A stretch of 64,000 bases of DNA from Octopus sinensis (GCF_006345805.1 NC_042998.1:142786001-142850000), one strand, 5' to 3'; positions 1 to 12,632 are shown, counted from the stretch's first letter. Translations and numbers: made by a program. Notes: generated from the sequence alone by a model not told the origin.

Positions 1-9
1 AAACATGCA

Positions 10-590
10 TTAAACATTGCCTGTCACCTACATCCAGTGGAAGTTACAGCTTTCGTCTGTTACCTATACCTCAAAACATGCAAGTCTGCATCGAGATTGA
101 ATAGTCTTCTGAGAGGTCATTGACAGAAAGTTAGGAATGCCATTGACAGCGAGGAAGCACAAAGAGACAGAATCGTATGTGAAGATGGAGCAATCACCAT
201 GTTTGTATATGCATGTATATGCTTAAATATACAATATATGTACAAGCTGCTCCACACCCTAGAACACGAGGAGTAGCTTGATCGGAAGAACAATTAAAAC
301 AAGAAAACCACCAATCTCACCGTAGGACATAAAGAACAGAGTAAGGTCATTGACTTTGCAATTGCGTATAATGGTTGAACAGATAAAAAGGAAATATGAG
401 GACCAAGCCATAGAAATGAAAATATTTTAGGACAGAGTGATAAAATTTGTTCCTGTAGCAATTGGAGCACTCGGCACCGCACCCAAATTGCTCTCTAAGC
501 GGCTGCAGGATATTGGAATTGAGGCACGCAAGAAGAAAAGTGCTATCCTGTATTCAGTATATAGCCTACGAAGAATTTTTAAGTTTTAAG
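10..590 (+). mobile_element. Degenerate 3' end of an RLE-type non-LTR retrotransposon (R4/Dong-like)
   Basis: 440-560 translates IKFVPVAIGALGTAPKLLSKRLQDIGIEARKKKSAILYS, matching the C-terminal VPxxIGALG segment in the better copies at 18037-18384 and 18586-18858; rest frameshifted. Confidence 0.7.
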
Positions 591-659
591 AATAACACCT
601 TTGCTGATTAAATTTGCATGTGATAACTCTAGTATCATAATATTTATTTCTAATACATA

Positions 660-1324
660 CAGATTTGGTGTCAGGGGACTTTTCAATTAAATCGATCCCA
701 GTTCTTAAACGGTATTTCATTTTAACGACCCTGAAAGGATGAAGGGCAAAGTTGACTTCATCGAGATTTGAACCCGGAACTTTAAGAGCTGGAGGAAATA
801 TCGCAAAGCATTTTTTATCCACACGCTAGCGATTCTGCTAAAAGGTTAATTGATCAAGAAACATCACTACCCATGTCTCTGATTAACAGTGGTCATACAG
901 CAGTAAACTTACATAAGTATTTATACCGATAGAAGGCGAAGAGCTCGCAGAATCTATAGCATACCGAACGAAATGTTTAGTGTTCTGAGTTCAAATGTCA
1001 CCGAAGTCAACTTTGTCTTTCATCTTTTTGGGTTCGTTACTAAAAGTAACAATTGAGCTCTTAAGTTGGTGGATTCGGCTATATCCCTCCTCCTGTAAAT
1101 GCTGGCCTTGTGCTGAAATTGACAAAATTGTTAGCACTCCGGACAAAAGGCTTGGCAACATTTCGTCCATCTTTAGATTCTGAGTTCAAATTCTGCCGAG
1201 TTCAACTTTACCTTCCATCCTTTTCAGGACTGATAAAATAAGTACCAGTGGAACAGTGGGGTCAATGCAATCGACTTGGCCCTTTCCTCCAAAGTTTCAG
1301 GCATTGTGTCTATAGTAATTATCA

Positions 1325-1393
<69 letters not shown>

Positions 1394-2950
1394 TCTTATT
1401 ATTATTGAAGCAGCCAGCTGGCATAATCGTTAGAGCACCGCAGAAAATGCTTAGCAGCATTTCGCTCGTTTTTGCACTTTGAGTTCAAAGGTTGTCGAAA
1501 TTGATTTTGCTTTTCATCCTTTCGGGCTGAAACTGGGGTCGATGTAATGGAGTAGCCTTCCTTACGCCAAATTTCCGGCCTTGTGCCTATTATAGGAAGG
1601 ATTGATTATTATTAAGGCAGTCAGCTGGAATAATTGTTAGCCCGCCGGACAAAATGTTCAGCGCCGTTTTCTTCTGGCTTTACGGTCTGAGTTCAAATGC
1701 CTCCAATGTCAACTTTGACGTTCATCCTTTTGGGGTCGATAAAATTAAGTACTAGTTAAGAATTGGTGTCGATCTAATCGACTTGCCCTCTCCCGCTAAA
1801 ACTGATAGCCCTATGCCAAAATTTGAAACCACTATTACCAACAGAACCCTATACCATTACTAAAAGCCTGACGAAACAACAGCCACACATAAAATGCTTT
1901 GCTAACTTACAAAATTGACAGGAGTGTAATCGTAATGGCATTTATTGCCGCTATAAGCGGCATTTCCTCCTTCGTAACTCACCTTATTATAGACAGGAAA
2001 CGTTCAAAATTTAATTTGCAGCAAAACTAAACGGATTTTCAGCTTTCTTTTTTACTTTATTTATTCTTTATTTTCTTTCATTTGTTTATTTATTTACTTA
2101 TTTATTCATTTATTTATAATGATGATAAAATATTCTTTCATATTTGTTTCGTCAGGTTTTTTTTTGAATGGTATTAATAATTATTGGTTACAAATTTTGG
2201 CACAAGGCCAGCAATTTCGGGGCGGGAGGGATGAGGTTAAGTCGATTAAATTAACCCCAGTGTTCGGCTGGTACTTATTTTATCGACCCCGAAAGAATGA
2301 AAGCCAAAGTCGACGTCGGTGGCATTTGAACCCAGAACGTAAAGACGGACGAAATGCCGCTAAGCATTTTGCCCGGTGTGCTAACGATTCTGTCAGCTCG
2401 CCGACTCAAACGTGTTCTAGATGCTACGCGTTGGGATTGAACCAGGGAACGTCACTGAACACTGAGGTTGATTTAATCGACTTAACCTCACCCCACCCCA
2501 CGAAATTGTTGGTGTTGTGCCAAAATTTGAACGCAATAATTAGTAATACTCCAAAATCCCAAGCATTCGACCATACCAGCACCCAATGATATTAATGATT
2601 ATTGGCTTCTAGTAATAATATTAACTTTCTCGTTGGCATTTTTCTGTTGATATACATTGTTTTTGTTCCAATTAATTTTGAAAATAATAAAGAATTTAAT
2701 AAAACAACTTTGTCATTGTTAAACTATTATTTAAAGCATAAAGTAAAAGGTTTCATGGAACATTCTTAATCTAACGCAAGCTGGCAAAATCGTTGGAGTA
2801 TAGGATAATATACCGAGCGATATTTCTTCCGGCTCTCTATGCTTTAAGTTCAAATCTCGCCAAGGATAACTTTGCCTTTTATATTTCCGGAGTCGATAAA
2901 ACAAGTACCAATCTAGCGCTGGGTCGATAGTATGGATTAACCTGCTTCTT
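660..2950. mobile_element. Cluster of about eight fragmentary copies (both strands) of the dominant tRNA-headed SINE, here called S1
   Basis: Repeated GAGTTCAAAT...GTCRACTTTGCCTTTCATCCTTTCGGGGTCGAT...AAGTACCAG blocks, homologous to the complete copy at 44391-44603; a (TTA)n tract lies at about 1327-1392. Confidence 0.85.
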
Positions 2951-3174
2951 CCATAATTGCTGATCTTGCGTTTAATCAGAGCCAATTTTAAAACAGGAAA
3001 TTTGTATCATAAAATTAGTTGTGGTCTTTGGCAGGTTCCTGTCAAACGGGTTAATACTTATGTCTATCATCATCTATCACGGAGGCTTAACTTTAAAAAA
3101 ATGTTATAAATGAATCATTTCCACGTACTTTGTAAAAGGAACTAATGGTAGATTCTTTGTAAAAGGAACTAATG

Positions 3175-3256
3175 GTAGATGGCCGGATAACTGAAGAGAT
3201 TATTTACATAATATTGAGGTCTCTTTCCTTCTTTTGTTATCTTACCGTTTTTACCA

Positions 3257-3260
<4 letters not shown>
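3175..3260 (+). mobile_element. Internally deleted PLE-end (pLTR-like) fragment of the same family as the 13989-14184 fold-back
   Basis: GGATAACTGAAGAGAT (core CTGAAGA 3191-3197) matches AGATAACCGAAGAGAT on the minus strand at 14083; tail 3201-3259 is the reverse complement of 13919-13977; ends in (TA)n. Confidence 0.7.
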
Positions 3261-3350
<90 letters not shown>

Positions 3351-3395
3351 TATAGATGTTTATATATATATACTCGAATTATTACAAATTGTACA

Positions 3396-3415
3396 GCCAT
3401 GAAACGATCGTAGTG
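3396..3415 (+). ncRNA. 3' half of a minimal hammerhead motif
   Basis: GCCAT-GAAA-CGATCG-TA-GTG: GAAA, palindromic stem III and GUA triplet; no matching 5' core found in register upstream. Confidence 0.5.
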
Positions 3416-4144
3416 TTTTACTCTTTATCTTTTATTAAACTTTTAATACTTTTGATATATATTTAAAATAATATATATTAATTAATTTTACGTATTGGCT
3501 TATGTTTCTCATCGTTTGATTTGCCTAATAGTGGTTTTATCTCTAATTTAATATAATATAATATATATATAATATATATATAATTTCATAGTTTCGAGAG
3601 AACCAGGTATTGAAATAGTGAAAAAAAAACAAGACAGGGTCGGTGATAGTGCGACTATGTGCAAACGACATATTTGTACTTACGGATTTGTTCTCTAGTT
3701 ATGCATACATTCACAAATAACCGACTGAATACACAACGTTCCATCAAAATCATGCATGCCCTGCACCTGTCTGAATATAGACGCCCAAATCCAAACGTAT
3801 TGAAAGAGTTAGGTGAAGAAGAATAATAATAATGCATCTGTTGTTGTTGTTGTTGTTGTTATATATATATATATGCACATACACATAAGCTACGAATAAA
3901 CAGCATTCCAGGAATCTCGACTTCTCACCATACACCAACATCTAATCAATGGATTGCTGTGATGGTGATAATATTTTACCTTGAACCAATGCCAAGAGAC
4001 AGAACTCTAAAACACCCTGCAAATACAAAAAAAAATGAATTATAGACATGCAGCGTAGGTAATTATTTTTATTAAATACAAAAACAAGAACAAGGATAGA
4101 CAAACGATGATAGGATATGGCAGTGTGTGAAGGGAGCCCGGGAT

Positions 4145-4320
4145 TTTCCAACAGTAATAATCTCAGGAGTCGAACTGGCAGAGTCGTTCGCGAGTTCTAA
4201 CACTCGCCGCTCCGAGTTCATCTGTCACACATGTCGACTTGGTTGTTCATCTCTTCGGGGTCGAAAACAGAAAAAATTCCAATCCAAGGTAATGGATTGG
4301 TGGTACTGAAAGAACATTAG
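4145..4320 (+). mobile_element. Diverged S1 SINE
   Basis: GAACTGGCAGAGTCGTT head and GTCGACTTGG...TCATCTCTTCGGGGTCGA body similar to S1. Confidence 0.7.
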
Positions 4321-4597
4321 ACGAATGCCTTGTACTATTTGTTTCAGTTCTTTCTGTCTGAATTGAAATCCCGCCATGGCCAACTTGTGTGGTAGATTTA
4401 ATCCGTTGCTAAATTTTACATTATCACCTGGACTCCATTCTGTTGCAACCATTAAGGCCCGATCTCCGGTTTGAGTATAACTTCCTCTTTCCGTCCCATC
4501 ACATTTGGAGATTCCGTGAAGAGTTATGGGTACTTGCCTATTTCTTGACACAAAGATAAAAATTATGAAAGGTATGACATTTGACATTTATTGGTGA

Positions 4598-4981
4598 CTA
4601 GCAGTATCGCCCGGCGTTGCTCAGGTTTGTAAGGGAAATAACTATAAAGCATTTTTAGAGAGTTATAGCCAAAAAATAGCAAAAAATGGAAAAAAATGAT
4701 GGTAAATTTTTTTTTGAGATTTAAAAAAGGTGGAGTTGCATCCCCTAGACAGTTTGTGGTTCGTGTTTCTGATTCTCGACCCCATGTCGAATTTATCGAT
4801 TTTTTTCAGAACTGGGGGAACTTTTCAAAATTTTCGCTGCGTTAGTTTTGAATTATGACATTGGGCTATGTGTGTGTCAAGTTTCATCAGAATCGGTTGA
4901 AAGCCGTGGTCAGGGTGAGGGTACAAGCAAACAGACACACAGAAACACGCACAGACAAACTGCCGTTTATATATAGAGAGA
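4598..4981 (-). mobile_element. Non-autonomous Helitron
   Basis: Minus strand begins A|TC (4982|4981-4980) and ends CTAG|T (4601-4598|4597), with a GC-rich hairpin-like segment just upstream of CTAG and a short ACAG/ACAC repeat near the 5' end. Confidence 0.85.
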
Positions 4982-5256
4982 TATAGAATGTAATGTCAAT
5001 CAGGACAAATATTAAAAACTAGAAATATGATAAAGGATGTTTGTATGAATATTAATACGCATACTTTGATCACGTGCATACGCTCGAAATATGAACATTA
5101 TGGATTTTTGTTACAAGTTTGCAAAAGTGCAAGAAAAAATATAATCTCAGGACATCAGGAAAATAGTTATAATAATGCTTGTAACATTACTTATACCGGA
5201 AAGAAGACTTAGACAAAAGTAAAACTCAAATTTATCCCCAACCCCTGTACTACATA

Positions 5257-5301
<45 letters not shown>

Positions 5302-5687
5302 TATACACAAAGTATCAAAGTCTATAATCACTGAGATCTCCAATCTTGTTCTGTTGTCCCTATTTAATCACTGGTCTAATGAACAACAGATTGACATATG
5401 CCCGACATCTGATAAGGAATAAAATTATAACGAAGCTTATTTTTCAGACAATTTTCTTCATACTGGAAGTGTTGCTTATACAATATTTATATATCATATT
5501 ACACACCCTTTTGATTAGCCGATCTAGCCAATGAGCTAGAGTTATCATTTGAAAGTACTTAACCCATTGCGTTCATATTTGTTTCAGTATGTGTTGATAA
5601 TTGTTTGTATTGTTAATCTTTGGCCCAAACCTAGAAATAAAATTTAAATCTTTAAATCATATGTATATGTGTATGTATGTGTATATA

Positions 5688-5746
<59 letters not shown>

Positions 5747-5747
<1 letters not shown>

Positions 5748-6046
5748 GAGGCGCAATGGCCTAGTGGTTAGGGCAGCGGACTTCCGGTCGCAGGATCGCT
5801 GTTTCGATTCCCAGACCGGGCGTTGTGAGTGTTTATTGAGCGAAAACACCTAAAAGCTCCACGAGGCTCCGGCAGGGGTGGTGATCCCTGCTGTACTCTT
5901 TCACCACTCTTTCTCCCATTCTTTCTTCTGTTGGCCTGCTCGCTTAGCCAGCCGGGTGGCGTCATTTGAAGGCTAAAACAATGCGAACGCATTGTGACCA
6001 GCGATGTGTAACAACATCTGATGGTCTGGTCGGTCCCGTGATCCCA
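5747..6046 (+). mobile_element. tRNA-derived SINE, family S2
   Basis: A box TGGCCTAGTGG 5757-5767, B box GTTTCGATTCC 5801-5811; near-identical copy at 40684-40986; sits between (GT)n and (TA)n. Confidence 0.9.
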
Positions 6047-6074
6047 TGATATATATATATATATATATATATAT

Positions 6075-7172
6075 AGGTAAACAGTAAAAATAATTACAGA
6101 CATGGACAAGAACATGAAACACCACAGAGACGACACAAGAACCACAGGACGGGACATTCGAAGCCCTCAGTCATCAGTCAAGAACCAGATCATCTTAGCA
6201 ATTTCGGCTGATTAATCTTGAGATTGCTCCGATATGGCCAGCCCGCCAAGGGAAATCTAAGCCAAGCGCATTAGATCCCCTGGAAGAAAGCTTCGAATGT
6301 ATACAACGCGAGGACGGAAAACGAACGAAGTACACAAACAAAAATACAGAATACGTGACACCAATAACAATACAAAAACGTAAAAACAATAACGGTAAAA
6401 AAATAAAAATAAACAACAAAACAAAACCAGGACGTAGGACAAGGGTCTTTCGACAGGACGAGTTGAGTATGGGGCTGGCTTGTGAAGTTGTGCCTAATGG
6501 CCACGGGGAGACGAACAAATACGTGTTGCTTCTGCGACTGCTGAAAACGAAAAGAGCGCTCAACAGCGGCTAGCGGTCACGTGAGAACAAAAGACAGGAG
6601 AAAGGGACAGATGAAAAGAGAGAGAAGGTGGACGAGGGAGGAGAAGAAAGAGACAGATCGAGGGGGCTGGAGGTGAGAGAGATAGAGAAACGTAGAAGGG
6701 GGGGGGAGACGGATGGAGAGGGAAAGAAAGGAGGGGGAATAAGGGAGGAGAGAGAGAGAGAGAAAAAGAGACAGATTAAGAGTCGTATCAATGCTAGAGA
6801 AAAAATATACTTATCGTATAAGGACAATTGTGGATACGTAGCCGCCGATTATATAGGTAAACAGTAAAAATAATTACAGACATGGACAAGAACATGAAAC
6901 ACCACAGAGACGACACAAGAACCACAGGACGGGACATTCGAAGCCCTCAGTCATCAGTCAAGAACCAGATCATCTTAGCAATTTCGGCTGATTAATCTTG
7001 AGATTGCTCCGATATGGCCAGCCCGCCAAGGGAATTCTAAGCCAAGCGCATTAGATCCCCTGGAAGAAAGCTTCGAATGTATACAACGCGAGGACAGAAA
7101 ACGAACGAAGTACACAAACAAAAATACAGAATACGTGACACCAATAAGAATACAAAAACGTAAAAACAATAA
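6075..7172 (-). mobile_element. Non-coding element bounded by about 318-bp direct repeats (6075-6393 and 6855-7172); probable PLE-derived non-autonomous element
   Basis: The two repeats are nearly identical by eye; GA-rich spacer; T-rich tail on the minus strand abutting (TA)n like other PLE ends here. PLE origin is inference. Confidence 0.6.
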
Positions 7173-7325
7173 CGCACACACACATACATACATATAGTCA
7201 TACATACATACATATATATATATATAACGGGAAGCTTTATGAAAATAGACAAAAGACGAAGGCAGGTGGAAAACAAACAAACAATTGTATTAGTATGGCG
7301 CTCAGGAAATATAAATAAAACAAGT

Positions 7326-7361
7326 CTTTAACGTTTCGAGCCTACGCTCTTCAACAGAAAG
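7326..7361 (-). ncRNA. Minimal hammerhead motif, family B
   Basis: CTTT-CTGTTGA-A-GAGC GTAG GCTC-GAAA-CG-TT-AAAG: 4-bp stem I, 4-bp stem II, palindromic ACGT stem III; core position 6 is U rather than A. Confidence 0.75.
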
Positions 7362-7524
7362 ATACACAGAGAGAAAAAAAACACAGAAAGAAGGAGAGAA
7401 AAAAATGCGTGCAGTAACTAACGAATCAACATGGCGATCTGATTTCGGCCAGAAGTCAAAGATCAAACATGAGACGCGAGAGCGAAATTAGGGGAGATAA
7501 TAGGGTTGAATGACCAGCTCCAAC

Positions 7525-7875
7525 ATAAGGGTGTGTGTGTGTGTGTGTATGAGAGAGTATTAGTGCGTATGAGAGGTCTGGACGTGTGTATGTATAGGGT
7601 TGGTGTATGTATTAGTATGTATTAGTATGTATAAGGGTGTGTGTGTGTGTGTGTGTATGAGAGAGTATTAGTGCGTATGAGAGGTCTGGACGTGTGTATG
7701 TATAGGGTTGGTGTATGTATTAGTATGTATTAGTATGTATTAGTATGTATTAGTATGTATAAGGGTGTGTGTGTGTGTGTGTATGAGAGAGTATTAGTGC
7801 GTATGAGAGGTCTGGACGTGTGTATGTATAGGGTTGGTGTATGTATTAGTATGTATTAGTTGGTGTATGTATTAG
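7525..7875. repeat. Three tandem copies of a roughly 110-125 bp unit within the PLE 3' UTR
   Basis: ATAAGGG(TG)nTATGAGAGAGTATTAGTGCGTATGAGAGGTCTGGACGTGTG...(TATTAGTATG)n repeated three times. Confidence 0.9.
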
Positions 7876-8825
7876 TATGGCACATCATATATGATGTGAT
7901 GTGTAAAGTCGTGTGGTGTAGTGTGGAGAGAGGAGAAGAGGGGGAAGGGGAGGAGGGGAGATGGGGGAGAGAGAGGAGGGGAGGAGGAAGGAGGAAAGAG
8001 GGAGAGGGGGAGAGAGAATGGGAATGAGGGAGCAGAGGGAAGGAGAAGAGGGAAGGAGGGAGGAGGAGAAAGAGGGAAGAGGGAAGGGGAGTAGGGGTGA
8101 AAGGATGAAGGACTGAAGAAGTAGGGGTCGGGGGGGAAAAGTAGGTGAGGAGGGGGAGAGGCGGTTAGATGAGGAGGGGGAGAGTTGAGACAAATGGCGT
8201 ATAAGAGCGAAGAGAGAAGATTAATTCCTGTTCACGGCGCAAACGGGAATCCGGATGGCCTCTGTGTAAGGACAAACCGAACACAGATAGGTGTTGCAAG
8301 GAGTGACCGGTGGAGCGGAAATGGCGTGAGACCGGTGTGTCGTTCGCAAGGTGGATGTCACATATATATATACTGCGTTATTTACATTGAAAGAAGCTCT
8401 TATATGGACTCGTGGTGCACTGAATCATTCTGTTTTATTCATACCGTTGTCAGAGGAGGACCGTTTGCAATGGCCGCCGTAACTTTCAGATCATATGATT
8501 TCGTTGTTTTCTACAATTCAGTTACAGATATCCCTTCGCGTCATAACAGCCAAATATCCCATCAACGATATAAAGAATGCCAGTATCTATTTAGGCACTG
8601 ATGGCGCAAATAGCTAGTGGGCTTATTAAGAAATAATTCATATTAACAGAAGTAGTGTCGATACCAGAAGGTTATCATTATCTCTAACTTAACGCGGAGG
8701 TTGTGTTAGAACAAATAATACTGCGTTATTTCTCTTGAGAGGACTTCTCATCTGGACTCGTGGTGGATAAAAACACACTCATTTATATAGTTGACAGACG
8801 AAAACCGTCTGCAACGGCTGCCAGA

Positions 8826-9042
8826 ACTGCCAGATCACTTGATTTTGGTCTGTTTTGAGCTCCTCAGGGACAGACATCCGGTCGCGTCATAACAGCCGAA
8901 TCTCTTGTCAACGATAAATAGAATATCAGTGCCTAATAGACACTGATATTCTCTATATCGTTCAGGAAAGATTAAGCTGTTATCATGTGAGCGGTTATCT
9001 GGCACCGGGGAGCTCAAAACAGCGAAATCACGTGATCTGGCA

Positions 9043-9044
<2 letters not shown>
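8826..9044. repeat. Old imperfect fold-back (MITE-like)
   Basis: ACTGCCAGATCAC 8826-8838 is the exact reverse complement of 9032-9044; inner AGAATATCAGTG/CACTGATATTCT pair around 8920-8952; diverged partial copy at about 8395-8600. Confidence 0.75.
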
Positions 9045-9081
<37 letters not shown>

Positions 9082-9097
9082 CGAATAACGAGAGAAG

Positions 9098-9410
9098 CAA
9101 TATGGAAGTAAGTCTCATGGACGTCCAAAATTCTGTTTCCCTGATCATCTCGAGCAGTCTCTCATTTTATGCGATCTTCTTCCCAATCGGCTGGAGGCCC
9201 TGGCTGTCAATCGGAAGGCATGGAGATCCATTTGTCGCGTTGGAGTAGAGCGCTTTGAAACCGAACGCAGGAGACTGCATGGAGAGAGAGGAGGAGACGT
9301 TGTCACGAACTCTCCTGCAGCCGTTGAATGGTGTCACTTTCATACCCTCCAAGCTACAGGATCTGCTTATCTCGTATCGGTCTTGTCAGCCACGTTTGCT
9401 GCCATGAGAA
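9098..9410 (+). mobile_element. RTE-clade LINE 3' end
   Basis: QYGSKSHGRPKFCFPDHLEQSL...LEALAVNRKAWRSICRVGVERFETERRR, then RICLSRIGLVSHVCCH, resembling RTE C-termini. Confidence 0.8.
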
Positions 9411-9476
9411 ACAATGTGCTGGAGGTTGAGGTGGATAAATGTCTTGGATCGACACTGTCAACACCTTTGATATATA

Positions 9477-9515
<39 letters not shown>

Positions 9516-9587
9516 GCAGTATCAACACCAAGCAGGGCTTAGGCATAAGCGAACTTTAAGATAGTTAACATATTTTAACTAACCCAA

Positions 9588-9625
<38 letters not shown>

Positions 9626-12180
9626 GAAAAAACAAGTAAAAAATAGAAAATGCTAAAATAATTTTATAGTGAACATTTCAGTACCGGTTTCGGTCATTTT
9701 GAGACCTTTTCAACTGTAACGATTAAATAATTCAATTTAGAAAAATTAGAAGAAAAGTTTTCTTAAAAGAATATTTCTATAGTAGTGTTCAGATTTAAGT
9801 GGCATTATGCCTTTCTCTGACTCCCTTGTTTGCACTTGTGTGTTCGAGGTAGTTGTGAGTTCTTGGTAGGGTAGTAGAGGGAAGGCTGTGAGGAAGGGGG
9901 GGGGAATCTGGGAGTGCCCTGATGGTCGTATTTTGAATGGTCAGTGGCGGCTGGCAGTCTCAGTCAATTCAGAGAATATTTATATTGACAGGCTTGTTTA
10001 TAGAATTAGCGTAGGTGTTATACTAAAAAACATTAGTGACAAACTTAAGGGGTAGGGGGTGGAGAAGAAGAAGAAGAAGAAGAAGAAGAAGAAGAAGAAG
10101 AAGAGAAGGAGAAGAGAAGGAGAAGATGATGGTGATGGTGGTGATGATTATGACGACGATGATGATGATAACGATGATGATGAAGAAGAAGAAGGAGGAG
10201 AAGGAGAAGATGGTGGTGATGATGGTGGCGATGATGATGACGCCGATGATGATGATAACGATGATGATGAAGAAGAAGAAGAAGAAAAAAAGAGAAGGGA
10301 GAATATGAATGGGTATAAATATAGCTATGAAGGGGCTGATTAGTAATGGATTCTATGGAGTGTAGTATTTGTGTGTGTATATATATTTTTTTCTTTTATT
10401 CTAAAGTTGAGGTATATTAATTGTTTGTCGTAGACCCGTTAAGAAGTGGCTTGTATTTTGTAATAAAGAGATTTTCTTTACTTATTCTTTGTCTCGAGGT
10501 TGTATCGTCCCTAAATTGGTAGAGGGGGAAAATTCTGAAGTTTGGTGTTTTTTTGTTGGCGCAAGTATCTATGTGTTGGCTAAAACTTATTTTTTTTGTT
10601 TGGGGAATTTTTATCTGGGATCTGTGCAGGGCCATTCGTTTACGCAAACCATTTTTGTTTTGGCCTATGTACTGCTCTTGACACCCGGAGCAGGTTAGTG
10701 AGTATATTAGGTTCTCCGAAGCACATGTGAAGTTGCTTTTCACTGTAACCGTTGTCCCTGTTTGAAGGAGAACTCAGAACCCTCGATTAGATAGTCGCAT
10801 ATCCCGCAATTGGGTCTTCCACATTTTTTTACTGTCGGCTTCTGTGTGAAGAGTGAATTCGGGCTTGTGTAAGGAGACTTTTCATGGATCTAGGCTGTCT
10901 TTTGCTTTTTATGATCGTGTGTGTTTGGAGGATTGTGTTCATTCTGTGGTCTTTTTTTAGGAGGGGTATGTTGTGGAGGATGGTGTCGAAGGCTTCGTTA
11001 TTGAGAGGGTTGTGTGTGGAGATGTATGGTAAGGCTTTTGGTTGTAAGTTTTTCTTTGATTTGGGATGTCTCAGTTCCTTGATGTTAAGTTGAAGGGCAC
11101 GTTGAATGCACTTGTCAATAAGTGAAGGTGGATAGTTCCTGGTGATTAGGGTATCTTTTAGTTCTTGTAGTCGTGTGTCTCTGGTGTTTGCGTTAGAGAC
11201 TATAGTGCATATCCTTTTTGCTAGATTGAAGGGGATATTCATCCTGGTGTGTCTGGGGTGCATAATTGAATGGAAGATATTGCTTAGAGTCTGTAGGCTT
11301 ATAGTATATGTCTGTTTCTATTATATTATTAGCTTTCTTAATGAGGATATCGAGGAAGGGGAGTTGTTGTTGGCTATATTCCATCGTGAATTGGATGTTT
11401 ACGTCCAGTCCGTTTAAAATTTTCTGGAATTCTATGAGTTTTTCTATATTTTTATGCCAAAGGATGAAACAGTCATCTAGATATCTCTTCCAGTTGTTTT
11501 CTATGTAGATGGAGAAGGGCTGCATATCTTTCTAGAACCTTACGATACAGACTGATCTCTAGGTATCCTATGACTAGGTTGGCAAAGGAGGGGGCCATTC
11601 GTGTACCCATCGCAGTCCCCGATTTTTGTCGGTAGAAGTTGTCATTGAAGGCGAAGAAGTTATTTTCCAGATGAATTTAACCCCTTCTATCACAAATTCT
11701 TTTTTGATGCGGTGTGGTAGTTCGTTGCGTGATTCTCTAGCCAGAATTGGATTGCCTCTAGTCCTAGGTTGTGGGGGATATTGGAGTAGAGGTTGACTAT
11801 ACATCGAAGGATACCAGTATGGTGTTTTTGTTTATAGTATTCGGTAGGTGATTAAGCATATCTAAGTCGTCCCTTATATAGCTTTTGACATGTTTGAGGA
11901 GTGGTTTTAACAGGGTGTCTAAAAAGTTACTGAGGCGGTGGGTTTCGCATGCGGGACCTGCTATTATGGGTCTCAATTTGAGGTCATTAGGATTAGGGAC
12001 TTTAATTATTTTGTCTGTAGCTATCTTGCATGCGTTGCTTATTTTTTCACTTTTGTGGGTCTTAGGTATACCGTAGAATTGGCTAGTTTTACTTGTGAAA
12101 TTGGTCATATAATCATATTCTTTGTCGGTGAGCCCTGCTTTGTATGGGTTTAATATGGATTTTAGTTCCCTCATTATTTT
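9626..12180 (-). mobile_element. Penelope-like element, Neptune-like (RT, Cys-rich linker, GIY-YIG, 3' end with HHR); 5'-truncated and frameshifted
   Basis: RT motifs LRPIIAGP, LVSFDV, GTAMGTRMAPSFANL (11572-11619), WKRYLDDCF; linker CGRPNCGIC near 10800; endonuclease NLIYSLTCSGCQEQYIGQ...LHRSQI...FSQHID. Clade assignment from the Cys-rich linker is inference. Confidence 0.92.
9679..9716 (-). ncRNA. Minimal hammerhead with U3:A8 core variant
   Basis: CAG-TTGAAAA-GGTC TCAAAAT GACC-GAAA-CCG-GTA-CTG: 3-bp stem I, 4-bp stem II, palindromic ACCGGT stem III, GUA site; at the 3' end of the PLE. Confidence 0.85.
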
Positions 12181-12187
12181 TTGTATA

Positions 12188-12261
<74 letters not shown>

Positions 12262-12571
12262 CATATACATATATATATACATACATATTTAAATATATGT
12301 ATATATATATAATTAATTAATAAGGGTGGAAGAGAATTAGATACTAATTTAATAGTATACCTATTCAACACCAAGTGGCCAGTGCAAAGAAACCTGGATT
12401 TTAATAATATTTTATACATAATATAAGAGAGTGGTCAATATGTGGCTCACTCTTGCACTAGAAATAGATCCAATAGGTTTCAACCACAAAATAAGTGTTT
12501 CCCATGAAAGTCAGTACGATTGTTAGCTCAAACGAACAGGGCAAATAAAAATAACAAAAATACAGATTATT

Positions 12572-12632
12572 TTGGGACAATTGTTTCGCTATTACTGAAT
12601 TAAATGTAATTTTACTCACATTAATTCACTAC
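12572..12632 (-). ncRNA. 3' half of a hammerhead with long stem II
   Basis: TGAATTAATGTGAG/ATTACATTTAATTCA hairpin then AGC-GAAA-CAATTG-TC-CCAAA; 5' core lost at the adjacent microsatellite. Confidence 0.55.

Larger units (their letters stand above)
7227..8360 (-). mobile_element. 5'-truncated Penelope-like element (GIY-YIG C-terminus, 3' UTR, HHR-bearing end)
   Basis: 8359-8190 translates DIHLANDTPVSRHFRSTGHSLQHLSVFGLSLHRGHPDSRLRREQELIFSLRSYTPF, typical of the C-terminal half of PLE GIY-YIG endonucleases; not shown in the ORF track. Confidence 0.85.

Noticed and set aside
1224-1482. Poly-N/I/L ORFs; likewise poly-A/V at 47610-47855
   Set aside because: Trinucleotide microsatellites.
1868-2006. 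CTGACGA and distant GAAACGTT
   Set aside because: No supporting stems; expected by chance.
4225-4587. 120-aa minus-strand ORF next to the Helitron end
   Set aside because: Half overlaps an S1 SINE, starts without a clear context and shows no recognisable domain.
5747-5820. tRNA genes (also 15773, 27742, 40684, 45100)
   Set aside because: A/B boxes present but no closed acceptor stem; each runs into a multi-copy SINE body.
7525-7875. CRISPR-like periodicity (also 60625-61229)
   Set aside because: No unique spacers; eukaryotic minisatellite and SINE multimer.
10036-10343. Poly-K/E/D and poly-R/M ORFs
   Set aside because: (GAA)n/(GAT)n compound repeat with an internal duplication inside the PLE 3' UTR.
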